DNA from: Armatimonadota bacterium
GTDB lineage: Bacteria > Armatimonadota > SYMT01
Direction of reading: 5' to 3'
DNA length: 64,000 bases
Assembly: GCA_041690135.1 (NCBI GenBank)
Contig: JAWLHY010000010.1
Span: forward strand, 288,001 to 352,000
Shown here: positions 8,779-19,076 of the stretch, piece after piece
How positions within the stretch are numbered: position 1 is the stretch's first letter
Layout of the letters: each line of letters begins with the position of its first letter
Position numbers and translations under genes: made by a program
Notes under the pieces: generated by a model
Seen by the model: only the letters and a program-made list of their open reading frames with translations
The model's database searches: none
Told to the model about the DNA's origin: nothing

Positions 8779-10302
8779 ATGCTAGCTATTGCCTCTTCTG
8801 CCGCTACCCTCGGCGTCGACGCCTACGTCGTGGATGTGGAAGTCGACGTCGCCCGCGGCGGGCTGTTCGCCTTCATCGTGGTCGGACTGCCGGACGCGGC
8901 CGTGAAGGAGAGCACCAGCCGGGTCCTGGTGGCGGTCCGCAGCCAGGGGTACCGCACCCCCAGCACGCGGATCCTGGTGAACCTGGCGCCGGCGGACGTG
9001 CGCAAGGAGGGTCCGGCGTTCGACCTCCCCATCGCCCTCGGGTTGCTGGGAGCCATGGGCGAGATCGAGCCGGAACCGCTAAAGGAGTTCCTGATCACGG
9101 GCGAGCTGTCGCTGGAGGGCACGCTGCGACCCGTCTCCGGCGTGCTGCCGATGGCGCTGGCGGCGCGGGACGCGGGGAAGCGCGGGATCATCCTGCCCGC
9201 GGAGAATGCGCGGGAGGCGGCGGTAGTGCGGGGCCTGGAGGTCTATCCGGTCAACTCCATCCGGGAAGCCATCGAGGTGCTGCAGGGCGGCGGGACCCGG
9301 TACACGCAGGAGGACGTGACCGCTACCCTGAACGACCCGGCCTGGGACATCGACTTCAACGACGTGCGCGGCCAGGAGCACGTGAAGCGGGCGATGGAAG
9401 TGGCGGCGGCGGGCGGGCACAACCTCCTGATGGTGGGCAGCCCCGGCTCCGGCAAGACGATGCTGGCGCGGCGGCTGGCGACCATCCTCCCGCCCCTCAC
9501 CTTCGACGAGGCGCTGGAGGTCACCAAGCTCTACAGCGTGACCGGCCAACTCGGCCGCGAGCGCTCCCTGATCACCCAGCGGCCGTTCCGGTCGCCGCAC
9601 CATACCGTGAGCGATGCGGGCCTCATCGGCGGCGGCAGCATCCCCCGCCCCGGCGAGATCAGCCTGGCGCACCACGGGGTCCTGTTCCTCGACGAGCTGC
9701 CGGAGTTCAAGCGAGAGGTACTGGAGGTCCTGCGCCAGCCGATGGAGGAGGGGTTCGTCACCATCGCCCGCGCCTCCGCCTCCCTGCGTTTCCCCGCCCG
9801 GTGCATCTTCTGCTCGGCGATGAATCCGTGCCCATGCGGGTTCAGGGGCGACTCGCTGCGGCAGTGCACCTGCTCCGAATATCAGATCAAGCGGTACATG
9901 GGCCGGATCTCGGGTCCCCTGCTGGACCGCATCGACATCCACATCGAGGTCCCCCGCCTGAACCAGGACGAACTGCGCGGCCCCGCCACGGGCGAGAGCA
10001 GCAAGACGATCCGGGTGCGGGTCCTCCACGCGCGCGAGATCCAGCAGCGGCGGTACGAGGGCAGCCCCATCTTCGTGAACGCAGCCATGAACGCGCGCCA
10101 GACCCGGACCTTCTGCCGCTTGGAAGGTCCCGCCGAGGACCTGCTGAAAGCCGCCGTCACCCGCCTGGCGCTGTCGGCCCGCGCCCACGACCGGGTGCTG
10201 CGACTCGCACGAACCATCGCAGACCTGGCCGGGGAGGACCGGGTCGGCGTGGGGCACATCGCGGAGGCGATCCAGTACCGTACGCTCGACAGGCAGGGGT
10301 GA
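8779..10302 (+). CDS. comM: YifB/ComM Mg-chelatase-like AAA ATPase
   Basis: IVVGLPDAAVKES, NLAPADVRKEG, Walker [33 protein letters not shown] and ISGPLLDRID. Confidence 0.95.
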   Translation: MLAIASSAATLGVDAYVVDVEVDVARGGLFAFIVVGLPDAAVKESTSRVLVAVRSQGYRTPSTRILVNLAPADVRKEGPAFDLPIALGLLGAMGEIEPEPLKEFLITGELSLEGTLRPVSGVLPMALAARDAGKRGIILPAENAREAAVVRGLEVYPVNSIREAIEVLQGGGTRYTQEDVTATLNDPAWDIDFNDVRGQEHVKRAMEVAAAGGHNLLMVGSPGSGKTMLARRLATILPPLTFDEALEVTKLYSVTGQLGRERSLITQRPFRSPHHTVSDAGLIGGGSIPRPGEISLAHHGVLFLDELPEFKREVLEVLRQPMEEGFVTIARASASLRFPARCIFCSAMNPCPCGFRGDSLRQCTCSEYQIKRYMGRISGPLLDRIDIHIEVPRLNQDELRGPATGESSKTIRVRVLHAREIQQRRYEGSPIFVNAAMNARQTRTFCRLEGPAEDLLKAAVTRLALSARAHDRVLRLARTIADLAGEDRVGVGHIAEAIQYRTLDRQG

Positions 10303-10437
10303 TAACAGCCGAGCCGGGCACGCAGCGAGCTGTGATCGTGGCTCGGAAACGGCAGGCACGCCGGTTTGAGGGGGAATACGGTATACCTCTAATCGCGGGA
10401 GGGTCGGAACGCTTCCCTATTCCGGCATGGTTGACAG

Positions 10438-11202
10438 ATGGAAACACCCATATCCCCGAATGTAGCGGCAAGTTGGCGTGACCGGTGGCGCTTCATTCGC
10501 CGGCTCGTCGAGCGGATCTACCACGTGGAGTTGCGCCCTGTCGGCCCTACTCCCGCGGAGGTGCCGGACCTGGAAGCGAAGCTGGATGGCCGATCCCTCT
10601 CGCCTTCCGTGGTGGAGTGGATCTCCTTCAGCAAGGATCTGCGTGCCTGTTCGGAAACGGTGGTCTCAGATTACAGTCACTACAGCCTCCGGGTGGAAGA
10701 CTTTCCCGAGCACCAGTCGATCTCCCTGAACCAGTACTACGATTGCGCACGTTGGGCCGTTGCCTACCAGAACCTCGAACAGGAAGATCCGCCGGTGAGC
10801 ACTTACGGTTTCGTCCAGCGCCGCAAGGGCTTCGTTCTTCGTAAGACCTACGGTCAGGTACCGGTCACGGAGTATGCCCTTCACTGCGTGCTCAACCGGA
10901 CCCCTTGGTTAACGGGCTGGAGTTCTTACTCCTGGATGGAGGCAGAGCTCCAGGACCCGCGCGGTTTCGTGGACGAACTGCGCAACTCCCGGAACGCCCG
11001 CGTCAGCGCTCCGTTCGGGAGCGTCACCCTGGTGGAAGGAGCCGGCTGGCTGGCTTACGTCCTGGATGGCTACTCGCCCTTTGCCCGCCAGAAGATGGTC
11101 CGCCTTAATCTTCAGGAAGGCGTCCAGTTACCGGACATCCCCAGGCAACTCCGCGACCAGGTGCAACTCCAGCCATCTCACCTCCGCCCGCGGGAGAGTT
11201 AA
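10438..11202 (+). CDS. SMI1/KNR4-related hypothetical protein
   Basis: EVPDLEAKLDGRSLSPSVVEW and W...LEQEDPPV resemble the SUKH core. Confidence 0.6.
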   Translation: METPISPNVAASWRDRWRFIRRLVERIYHVELRPVGPTPAEVPDLEAKLDGRSLSPSVVEWISFSKDLRACSETVVSDYSHYSLRVEDFPEHQSISLNQYYDCARWAVAYQNLEQEDPPVSTYGFVQRRKGFVLRKTYGQVPVTEYALHCVLNRTPWLTGWSSYSWMEAELQDPRGFVDELRNSRNARVSAPFGSVTLVEGAGWLAYVLDGYSPFARQKMVRLNLQEGVQLPDIPRQLRDQVQLQPSHLRPRES

Positions 11203-11259
11203 GAGACCGTTGCGTTGCTTCTCCGCAATGGGCAGGGACGTGAGGAGGCATGGCTACCG

Positions 11260-11526
11260 ACCACCCCTACGGCCGTTTCGTCCGGCTGATGACACGGTGA
11301 GCACCGACCTGATCGGCGGCGGGAGCGTCCCCGCCCCGCGGAGATCTGCCTGACACACCGTGGCGTGCTTTTCCTCGACGAGCTGCCGGAGTTCAAGCGG
11401 GAGGTGCTGGAGATCCTGCGCCAGCCGATGGAATAGGGGTTCGTCACCATCGCCCGCGCTTCCGCCTCCCTGCGGTTCCCGGCCCGGTGCATACTCTACT
11501 CGGCCATGAAACCTTGCCCCTGCGGT
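11260..11526 (+). pseudogene. comM: Degenerate internal fragment of a second comM allele
   Basis: Aligns to about 9571-9840 of the intact comM (RPFR...[47 protein letters not shown]...PCPCG); in-frame TAG and indels. Confidence 0.9.
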
Positions 11527-11625
11527 CATTAGCTCCGGTAAACCCTGCACCCTGGAGAGGAATTACGTGAGCCTCTGTGGGAGGTGAATTGGACAGGAAC
11601 AGCGGAGGCGTGTACTGTGACAGCC

Positions 11626-11955
11626 ATGGATATCTCCCGAAAGCCAGACCCGCACGTATGCCCACGGAAGTTCTGCTTCATGTGGCAAATGGGGGAAGGG
11701 ATTCTGCCAGAGACCCCGGAGCCGGTCTCCGTCGCGCAGGGATGCCGATGCCCCTGTGGCCTCTGCACCCGGCTGGACGCCGAACAGGGCGACCACGACT
11801 GGTACGAGCCCCACGAACCTAACTTGAGGCAAGCCGGGCTGCCCTGGTTCTATTTCATCCCGACGCCTGCCAAGCTCGTTCCCGATTTGCGGACAAGCTA
11901 CATCGAAGAGTCAGAGGCGCTCTGGGGAGAGGAGCACTGGCAGTCAACGAGGTAG
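11626..11955 (+). CDS. Small Cys/His-rich hypothetical protein
   Basis: About 109 aa with CPRKFC, CRCPCGLC and HD; possible metal-binding protein; start uncertain. Confidence 0.55.
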   Translation: MDISRKPDPHVCPRKFCFMWQMGEGILPETPEPVSVAQGCRCPCGLCTRLDAEQGDHDWYEPHEPNLRQAGLPWFYFIPTPAKLVPDLRTSYIEESEALWGEEHWQSTR

Positions 11956-12220
11956 CCGACGTTACCGCCAGGACGCAGAGAACCGCAGAGGGCCGCGAAG
12001 AGGGAACCGGAATGGGCCCGAAAAGCCCGCCGATGCGTGCGAGTTGACAAGTGGGTGATCGATCCGACCTGGATCGGGCATCATGACAGGCTGCATCCCT
12101 CCCTGATCAACGTCCCACCCAAAAACTAGCTGTCGCCATGCTATTCCACCACTGTGATAGTACGGCTGTGGTTGGTCCGGACAGGGATAGGACCTCTTGT
12201 CACAGGCGACAGACGGAAAT

Positions 12221-12850
12221 ATGGATCAAGACCTCCAGAAGATTCTGAAGTTCACCGTGGAACTCGACCGGCTCAAGGGCGTGTTGCGCAAGACCCGACC
12301 GGTAGGTCTGGATCGGTACGAGAATTCCGCGGAGCATAGCTGGCAGGTCTGCCTGCTGGCGGTGCTGCTGGCATCCCACGCCCGCCACCCCGTGGATGTG
12401 CCGCGCGTGATTGAGCTGCTCCTCGTTCACGACATCCCCGAGATCGAGGCCGGCGACCTGATTGTCTATCAAGCCGGCACGCCGGAAAGGTTCGCCGCCG
12501 AGCAGGAAGCGGCGCGCCGGATCTTTGGCCTCCTTCCGGAGCCGCAGGCGCAGTATTGCATGGCGCGCTGGCTCGAGTTTGAAGCTCGGGATACGGCAGA
12601 GGCGATCTTTGCTTATGCGATCGACCGGCTGATGCCCGTGCTGCACAACCTCCAGAGCGGCGGACAGAGCTGGAATGAGAACCGGGTGACGCTGGAAAAG
12701 ATTCTCTCGGTCAACGCCGCCATCGGCAACGCCATGCCTACCGTGTGGGAGGAGGTCCAGGCCGCTATTCTGAAGCTTGCCGCTACGGGGGCGTTCACCC
12801 CGCAGGAATCCCCTACTCCGCTCCTGGCGGCGCCTCCCGGTGATGACTAA
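12221..12850 (+). CDS. HD-domain hydrolase (HD_3/YfbR-like)
   Basis: LK.VLR, ENSAEHSW, LLVHDIPEIEAGD and AYAIDRL motifs. Confidence 0.9.
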   Translation: MDQDLQKILKFTVELDRLKGVLRKTRPVGLDRYENSAEHSWQVCLLAVLLASHARHPVDVPRVIELLLVHDIPEIEAGDLIVYQAGTPERFAAEQEAARRIFGLLPEPQAQYCMARWLEFEARDTAEAIFAYAIDRLMPVLHNLQSGGQSWNENRVTLEKILSVNAAIGNAMPTVWEEVQAAILKLAATGAFTPQESPTPLLAAPPGDD

Positions 12851-12923
12851 CGACCTTGGCTGGGAGGGTATGTGCGCCCGGGGGAGCAGTAGACCCGCAA
12901 CCCAATCACGGAAAGGAGAACGT

Positions 12924-13544
12924 ATGAGCGTGGATTTTGCGGCACTTCGGGCGCAGATCCGCGATGCCGCGGAGAAAGCGTTTGCCGAGGTGCGGGAAAG
13001 CCATCCCGGTGAACAGTTCTACGCCTTCGCCCTCTACACAGATGACGGCGCCATGACCGTCGAACCGGCGGCCAACAGCGAAGAGGCCTACCAGCAGAAG
13101 ATCCGGCAGGCCGGCGCGACGAGCGCGTCCCAGCAGGCCTACTACCGGTGGGAAACCGCCGAGTGGGCCTATGAGGCGGTCGGTGGCAATCATTTCGACG
13201 GGGTCTACGACGCACTGAACGTGCCGGACCGCTACGGCGCCGGAGCGGTAGAGGCGACGGTAGAGCCGGAAGAGGACGAGAACCAGGAGGGGGACGAGGC
13301 ATTCGACGAAGGCGAGGAAGACGAGGAGTTTACTGCCTTCAAAGGCCGGCTCATCCAAACGATGACCGAGGCGCTGCGTGACCTGGACTCCGCCGGGTTC
13401 TTCGGCCAGGGTGACGAGCGCCGGAAGGTGACGCTCTTTGTGTCGATCAGCGACGCGGACCAGTCGACAGAGATCGAGAACGCGTCGGCCCGGAAGCTGA
13501 ACCCAGAAGCGGTGTACGAACCGTTTCTGCGACGGTATTCCTGA
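12924..13544 (+). CDS. DUF4303 domain protein
   Basis: FYAFALYTDD...AANSEE, YRWETAEW, ALRDLDSAGFFG and ARKLNP; AAAGGAG RBS. Confidence 0.8.
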   Translation: MSVDFAALRAQIRDAAEKAFAEVRESHPGEQFYAFALYTDDGAMTVEPAANSEEAYQQKIRQAGATSASQQAYYRWETAEWAYEAVGGNHFDGVYDALNVPDRYGAGAVEATVEPEEDENQEGDEAFDEGEEDEEFTAFKGRLIQTMTEALRDLDSAGFFGQGDERRKVTLFVSISDADQSTEIENASARKLNPEAVYEPFLRRYS

Positions 13545-13796
13545 TCGTCCCGTCCCGCCAGCCTGGAGAACCTCCGGGGAGGCTGCCGGACGGATGTGAT
13601 CATAACCGTCCCAAACAGGGGGAGGGTCGTTGTGACGGGAGAGCCGGAACGCATAACGCCCGAGGAGTGGGAGAGTTCCACGGATCTGCGCCGGATGCAC
13701 TGGGTGCAACAGGCTGTGAATGTAAGGAACTCCTGGAACACCTGCGGAATGACGAGCCCCATGTCCGGGGATGCTGGGCGCTCGAATTGATCCTGG

Positions 13797-14756
13797 CTAC
13801 CGAGTTTCCTCCGACTGCCGGTCCTCCTCTGCAAGAGGAGGCAGGAGCCGGGTGAGCACCGCCTCGATCATTTCCCTTCGCACCAGGCCCTCCAGCCACG
13901 CGCCGGGAATGCCGCTTTCGCCCCAGCAGGCCCCGGCGAGTTGACCGCACACGGCGCCGGTGGTGTCCGCGTCGTTGCCCAGGTTCACCGCGCGGAGGAC
14001 CGCTTCCCGGAAGTCGGCGGCAGCGTGGAAGGCCCAGAGGGCGGCTTCCAGGCTATCCACCACGTATCCGGAGCCACGGATGGCGGGGGGCTCCTTCTCC
14101 CGGAAGCTGCCGCGGATCACTCCTTCCACGGCAGGATGCATGGGACCAAGGCGTTCCAGCATCGACCAGGATGGGGAGAGGACCTCTTCTCGGCTTTCCC
14201 CCTGGGCCAGGGCGGTCAGCACTACCGCCAGGTAGCGACAGGCCGAACGGCAGACCGGGAGCGCGTGGGTGGTCAGGCTCGATTGGTCCGCGCGCTCGGC
14301 CAGGATCTCCACCCGATCCGGGTAGAGGTCCGCGAAAGCAATGGACACCGGCGCGAGACGCATGATCGAGCCGTTACCGGCGGAGTACTCGTCGGTGTCC
14401 CCGGCGGTCCACGCGTCGCCGGACTGCTTGAACCGCTGGAGCGCAGTGTTGGTGGTCACGCCGATGTCGAAGCAGCGGTCGATGACGGAGTAGGCCCCCG
14501 CGTCGCGCCACTGCAGGTAGCGGCGCATCTGGTCGTTCAGGTCCCACCCCGCAATGGCGATGCTGTCGGCCAGGGCCAGCGCCATGGAGGTGTCGTCGGT
14601 CCAGCCGCCCGGAGGAATGGGATGCGGGCCGTGCCGGTAGCCCGTGACCGGCGTGAAACTCCCCCACGGCCGGAACTCCACGGCCGCTCCCAGGGCGTCC
14701 CCCACCGCCAGGCCGACCAGCATCCCCCGCAACCGATCGATTCGCTCGTCCGCCAT
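13797..14756 (-). CDS. ADP-ribosylglycohydrolase (DraG/ARH family)
   Basis: GLAVGDALG, WTDDTSM, CFDIG, AGNGSIMR and NLGNDADTTGAVCGQLAG. Confidence 0.93.
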   Translation of the reverse strand: MADERIDRLRGMLVGLAVGDALGAAVEFRPWGSFTPVTGYRHGPHPIPPGGWTDDTSMALALADSIAIAGWDLNDQMRRYLQWRDAGAYSVIDRCFDIGVTTNTALQRFKQSGDAWTAGDTDEYSAGNGSIMRLAPVSIAFADLYPDRVEILAERADQSSLTTHALPVCRSACRYLAVVLTALAQGESREEVLSPSWSMLERLGPMHPAVEGVIRGSFREKEPPAIRGSGYVVDSLEAALWAFHAAADFREAVLRAVNLGNDADTTGAVCGQLAGACWGESGIPGAWLEGLVRREMIEAVLTRLLPPLAEEDRQSEETR

Positions 14757-15017
14757 GCTCTCCCCCCCCTGTATTGGTTCACTACGCGGTAGCCCATTCG
14801 ACGGAGCAACTGCCCATCCCGGGATCAACGCACCAACTCGTAGGGTCAACGCTGCGACCTTCATCCTGCAAACGTTCAACATCAATATGGGGCAGACACC
14901 CGGGATTGAGCTTGAAATGGGTCCGATGCACCATGATCAGCGGTTGGGTCCGGGGTACCCGGCGGGATGTGCTCCAGACCCGCGATGTATAAGCGGATGG
15001 GGTTAGCTACCGGCCAG

Positions 15018-15659
15018 TTACCGGGGGCCGTGCATCAGTGTGTATAGGGCGTCGAACTCTTCAGGAAGGGTCAGGAACGGCTTCAGTTCCTGCGCCTCCG
15101 GATCCGTCGGAGCGGGGTGGGTGGAAATCGTACCGACCCGCGTTTCCATATCCTGCTCCCCCAGGGCGCAGTCGAGCATCAAGAACGCGACTGTCAGCCC
15201 GGCCCGCCCGCCGGGATCCGGGATGCCCGCCATAAATACGTCGATGCCGATCAGCTCGCTTTCGGACCGAAGCTGAAACCACATCTGCTCCGGTCCAAAG
15301 GTCCCCGCCTCCGTCTGCAAGCTCATGCTCGCGAGACCCTTCCGCTGTCGGAATGCCAGGATCTGCCATCCGGCCAGTTCCGGTGCCGCATCCACGAGCG
15401 ACCGCACCGCGGGAAAAAGCTCCCGGTGACCGTCCGCGCTGATCACGAGTTCGCGCTGCGTCGCCTCCGGCTCGGTTCCGATTTCGAAAGTCAGCCCCTT
15501 CTGCACCCGGTTCAACTGCGCACCGAGCTGGTTGATGAGCGCCATCTGGCCGGGTTTCTCCGGCGTGAACGCCAGGTACGCTTCTGAATTGACGGCAAAC
15601 CAGGACCAGAAAGCTTCCTCGCGGCTCTGTTTGGAGCGGGAAAACAAGTTCTTGAACAC
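15018..15659 (-). CDS. Conserved hypothetical protein
   Basis: FWSWF...LTFEIG...LVISADG...AP....W...AFR...LD.ALGE pattern; GTG start with AGGAGG RBS. Confidence 0.75.
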   Translation of the reverse strand: MFKNLFSRSKQSREEAFWSWFAVNSEAYLAFTPEKPGQMALINQLGAQLNRVQKGLTFEIGTEPEATQRELVISADGHRELFPAVRSLVDAAPELAGWQILAFRQRKGLASMSLQTEAGTFGPEQMWFQLRSESELIGIDVFMAGIPDPGGRAGLTVAFLMLDCALGEQDMETRVGTISTHPAPTDPEAQELKPFLTLPEEFDALYTLMHGPR

Positions 15660-15996
15660 CGCAGCCTCCTTCCCTGGATATTCACCGGGAAGGGCCCGGT
15701 TGCCTTTTTTGGGGATGGACCGCCTGAGTGTGAAGCCAGGAAGTTCCGATTGTCGGATCACTCCGCCTCGGACTGTCCTGCCTCGTGGTTATGTGCCTGC
15801 GGAGGCAGGCACCCCGGAGGGATAGGGAGCGGGGTGGATTTATCCCGTCGCGTGTCGCGGACAACGGAACGGCCCCGGGTGTGAAGTCCAACCTCGAGGA
15901 ACTGCAGCCATTAGCATAACAGGATCCAGGCTGGCCCCGTTAATACACTGCCGGCACGCACAACGTCACGCCTCGGACCCGGCCGATTGGGACCGA

Positions 15997-16791
15997 TCAG
16001 GGTTCGGAATCGCCGTAAATCTCCCGCCGTGCTTCATCGGTACGGGTTTCGGCAGGACCGGACTCGGCGTCACCGGACGGCTCACAGCGGTCCGCGTAGA
16101 CGCCCCGGTAAGCACTCGGCAGCAGATGTGCCAGCGAGAGCATGATCGTTTCCGTGCATGCCTCCAGGGTTTCGGCTCCCGGTTCGCCCGATCGCAGTTC
16201 GTAAGTCGGGCCATAACGCACCGTCACCGGCACCCGGCGCAGGCGCCGCCAGTAGTGAACCGCCTGCTCCGGACCGAACGTGACAACCGGTGCTATCCGG
16301 GGGCAGGCGCGTTTTGCCAGGAAGGCCGCGCCGGTCTTGCCGGGGATCAGGCCGCCGGTGCGACTGATCGTCCCTTCCGGGGCGAGCACGAAACAACATC
16401 CGGCTTTCAAGGCGGTCGTAGCTTGCCGCAAAGCATTGCGATCCACCCCCTCGCGGTTCAGCCACACCGCGTTGATCGCCCACTTGAGGTAGCGATTGAG
16501 CCCGGGGACGCGGGCCCAGTTGTGACCCACAAAAACCACGACCCGCCGCGGCAGCACCGCGAAGTAGATCGGCACATCGAGAGCGGAGATGTGGTTCACG
16601 ACCACGAGAACGGGGCCTACCCGCGGAAAGTGCTCCTCGCCCTCGACTGTCACCCGGCAGAGGGAATGCACCACGAGACGATTGAGCCACCGCACGACGC
16701 GGGAAGCGGGGCTCCACTTGAGCCACGAAGGATCGATTTCCGGCGACACCGTCGCGGTCGCGACTGGAGGACGAGTTGACGTGCCGGGCAT
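15997..16791 (-). CDS. Lysophospholipid acyltransferase (PlsC family)
   Basis: NHISALD (HX4D) and APEGTIS motifs. Confidence 0.9.
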   Translation of the reverse strand: MPGTSTRPPVATATVSPEIDPSWLKWSPASRVVRWLNRLVVHSLCRVTVEGEEHFPRVGPVLVVVNHISALDVPIYFAVLPRRVVVFVGHNWARVPGLNRYLKWAINAVWLNREGVDRNALRQATTALKAGCCFVLAPEGTISRTGGLIPGKTGAAFLAKRACPRIAPVVTFGPEQAVHYWRRLRRVPVTVRYGPTYELRSGEPGAETLEACTETIMLSLAHLLPSAYRGVYADRCEPSGDAESGPAETRTDEARREIYGDSEP

Positions 16792-16978
16792 GGAGGCTCC
16801 TTCAAGAGAGATCCCTCCCACGACATCGTAAGAGCTCGTCTTGCTGCCTATTATCTTCGGTCCCCTCACGTTCCGCGGACCGAGGCGCGGCGACTATTTC
16901 CGGGCAGGAAGGGGCGCTCCCGTCATCCAATGGTGCCTGCGTAGAGTGCTGCCCACAGGACCTGGAGCCACGGGAAAC

Positions 16979-17893
16979 ATGACCACGCGAAGAACCGTAC
17001 TGCAAGCCGCCGCGGCGACGCTGGGAGGCGTAAGCGCCATGAACCGGAGTGTAAATGCAGCCGAGAAGCGCCGGTTGGTGCTGATTGCCGGCCAGCCGAG
17101 CCACCCGACCATGATGCACGAGTTCCGAGCCGGTTGCCTGCTGCTGAAGCGCTGCCTGGATGCGTCGCAACTCATCCGGACCGATCTCCATTTCGACGGC
17201 TGGCCCCAGGATCCCCGCGCGTTCGAGGGTGCGGATGCCGTTTGCCTCTACATGGACGGCGGCGCGAAGCATGCCGCGCTCCAGCAGGACCGCCTGCAAA
17301 CCCTCTCCGGCCTGGTGGGTCGAGGGGTGGGGTTGGGGTGCATGCACTACTCGGTGGAGGTGCCCGCGGACGTGGCCGGAAAGCAATGGCAGGACTGGAT
17401 CGGCGGCCACTACGAGCACCTCTATTCCGTGAACCCCCTCTGGGAGCCGGAGTTCGAGCGCCTGCCGGCCCACCCGATCACCCGCGGCGTTAAGCCGTTC
17501 CGGGTGAAGGACGAGTGGTACTTCAACATGCGCTTTCGCCCCGGCATGCAGGGCATCACCCCCATCCTCACCGCGAAGCCATCGGACGACGTCCGCGACG
17601 GCCCCTACGTTTACCCCAAGGGTCCCTACGAACACATCGTGGCCGCGAAGGGTCGCGATGAGCTGCTGATGTGGTGCGTGGAACGGCCGGACGGCGGACG
17701 CGGCTTCGGCTTCACCGGCGGGCACTTCCAGCTCAACTGGGGTCAGGACGACTTCCGCAAGATCGTCCTCAACGCCCTGACGTGGCTCGCCAAAGCCGAA
17801 GTGCCCGCGGGCGGCGTGGAGTCCCGCGTCACCGAGGCCGAGCTCTACCAGAACCTCGACGAAAAGCCCGGCCGCCCTACCGGCTCTAGGTGA
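16979..17893 (+). CDS. ThuA-like domain protein with Tat signal
   Basis: TRRTVLQ signal; AHPITRGV.PF...DEWY and GRGFGFTGGHF motifs. Confidence 0.85.
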   Translation: MTTRRTVLQAAAATLGGVSAMNRSVNAAEKRRLVLIAGQPSHPTMMHEFRAGCLLLKRCLDASQLIRTDLHFDGWPQDPRAFEGADAVCLYMDGGAKHAALQQDRLQTLSGLVGRGVGLGCMHYSVEVPADVAGKQWQDWIGGHYEHLYSVNPLWEPEFERLPAHPITRGVKPFRVKDEWYFNMRFRPGMQGITPILTAKPSDDVRDGPYVYPKGPYEHIVAAKGRDELLMWCVERPDGGRGFGFTGGHFQLNWGQDDFRKIVLNALTWLAKAEVPAGGVESRVTEAELYQNLDEKPGRPTGSR

Positions 17894-17916
17894 ACGCCCA
17901 TCCCCGACGGATTTGA

Positions 17917-18071
17917 ACCACGAAGACACAAAGGACACGAAGATTGGAAAAGGACGACTCGCGTCGATAGTTGCTGTGCGTAGGTGACTCGCTGCTTTGC
18001 TTATCTGCCCGGAAACCTCTCCCAGTCTTCCACTCCGCGTCAACTCTGCGTGCTCTGCGTCTCTGCGGTGA
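17917..18071. repeat. Facing short tandem repeats (about 9-nt period) between convergent genes
   Basis: AACCACGAAGACACAAAGGACACGAAG at 17917-17942 and CTCTGCGTGCTCTGCGTCTCTGCGGTGA at about 18044-18071. Confidence 0.6.
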
Positions 18072-18077
18072 GTCCCT

Positions 18078-19076
18078 TTACTTCCCCACAGCGGCTTTTC
18101 GTCCCACGTCGGGGTGGTTGGTGATGACGCCGTCGATCCCATAGTCCCAGAGGAAGCGGCGCATCTCCGGCTCTTCGGCGTTGAAGGTCCACACGAAGAC
18201 CTTCAGTCCGGCCTGGTGCGCCTTTCGGACCGTGCCTTTGGCGTCCAACGGGGCCGCGGAAGTGCCTTCCAGCGCGCGTCGATTGGGGGCGATGCCATTG
18301 GCATAGGAGGCGGTGTCCTTCAGGACGGCATCGGTGATCGGGGCGCTGGTCAGGAACACGAGCGGGAGGTCCGTTTTCAGTTCGTGCCGCAGCTTCTTCT
18401 GGCTGGGCGCCTCGAAAGTCTGAATGATCGCCTTTGAATCGGGCCCCCGGTAGCCGTAACGTCCCAACAACTCGAGGAGCGGGCGCTCCAGCGGCTTTCC
18501 TTCCTTCTCATGGAAGGAGGTGGGAAGCTTCGTCTCCACCAGCAGCCCGCAGCTCCGGCCGGTGGTCCCGTTCAAGTACTGGACGAGTTGGATCAGCTCT
18601 TCCAGCGTGGGCACCGTGAAGCGGGGGAGTTTTTCCCGCTCTGCGGCGGAAACCCGGCCGAAGACACGCAGCGAGCGGATTTCGTCTAATGTGAAGTCGA
18701 TTGCGTACCAGTGGCCGTTCTCTCGCTGACGTCCTGGGAAACGCGTGGCCGCATCGGTGGTCGTTTCCAGGTACAAATCGTGCAGGCAAACGAGGACGCC
18801 GTCGCGCGTGAGCACTACATCCGGCTCGATGTAGTCCGCCCCCTGCGTATGCGCCATGGCATAGGCTTCCAGGGTGTGCTCGGGCAGGTAGCCGCTCGCA
18901 CCGCGGTGAGCGATGACGATCTTGGAAGGTTTCTTGGAAGGTTCAATCTGCGCCCCAGCCGGCGGTACGCCATGTAACTCGACGGCACCTACAGTTAGGA
19001 GCGCGGAGCCGGTGAGTAACCGAAGGAATGCAGACCTGCGCATACGCGCCTGCGGGAATGAGAGGGATTCTGGCAT
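18078..19076 (-). CDS. Glycerophosphodiester phosphodiesterase (GlpQ-like), Tat-like signal
   Basis: IAHRGASGYLPEHT, YIEPDVVLTRDG, CLHD, ETK and GIDGVITNHPD. Confidence 0.93.
   Translation of the reverse strand: MPESLSFPQARMRRSAFLRLLTGSALLTVGAVELHGVPPAGAQIEPSKKPSKIVIAHRGASGYLPEHTLEAYAMAHTQGADYIEPDVVLTRDGVLVCLHDLYLETTTDAATRFPGRQRENGHWYAIDFTLDEIRSLRVFGRVSAAEREKLPRFTVPTLEELIQLVQYLNGTTGRSCGLLVETKLPTSFHEKEGKPLERPLLELLGRYGYRGPDSKAIIQTFEAPSQKKLRHELKTDLPLVFLTSAPITDAVLKDTASYANGIAPNRRALEGTSAAPLDAKGTVRKAHQAGLKVFVWTFNAEEPEMRRFLWDYGIDGVITNHPDVGRKAAVGK

Noticed and set aside
9571-11526. DGR template/variable repeat pair in the comM duplication
   Set aside because: Differences are mostly synonymous third positions rather than adenine-specific; no reverse transcriptase present.
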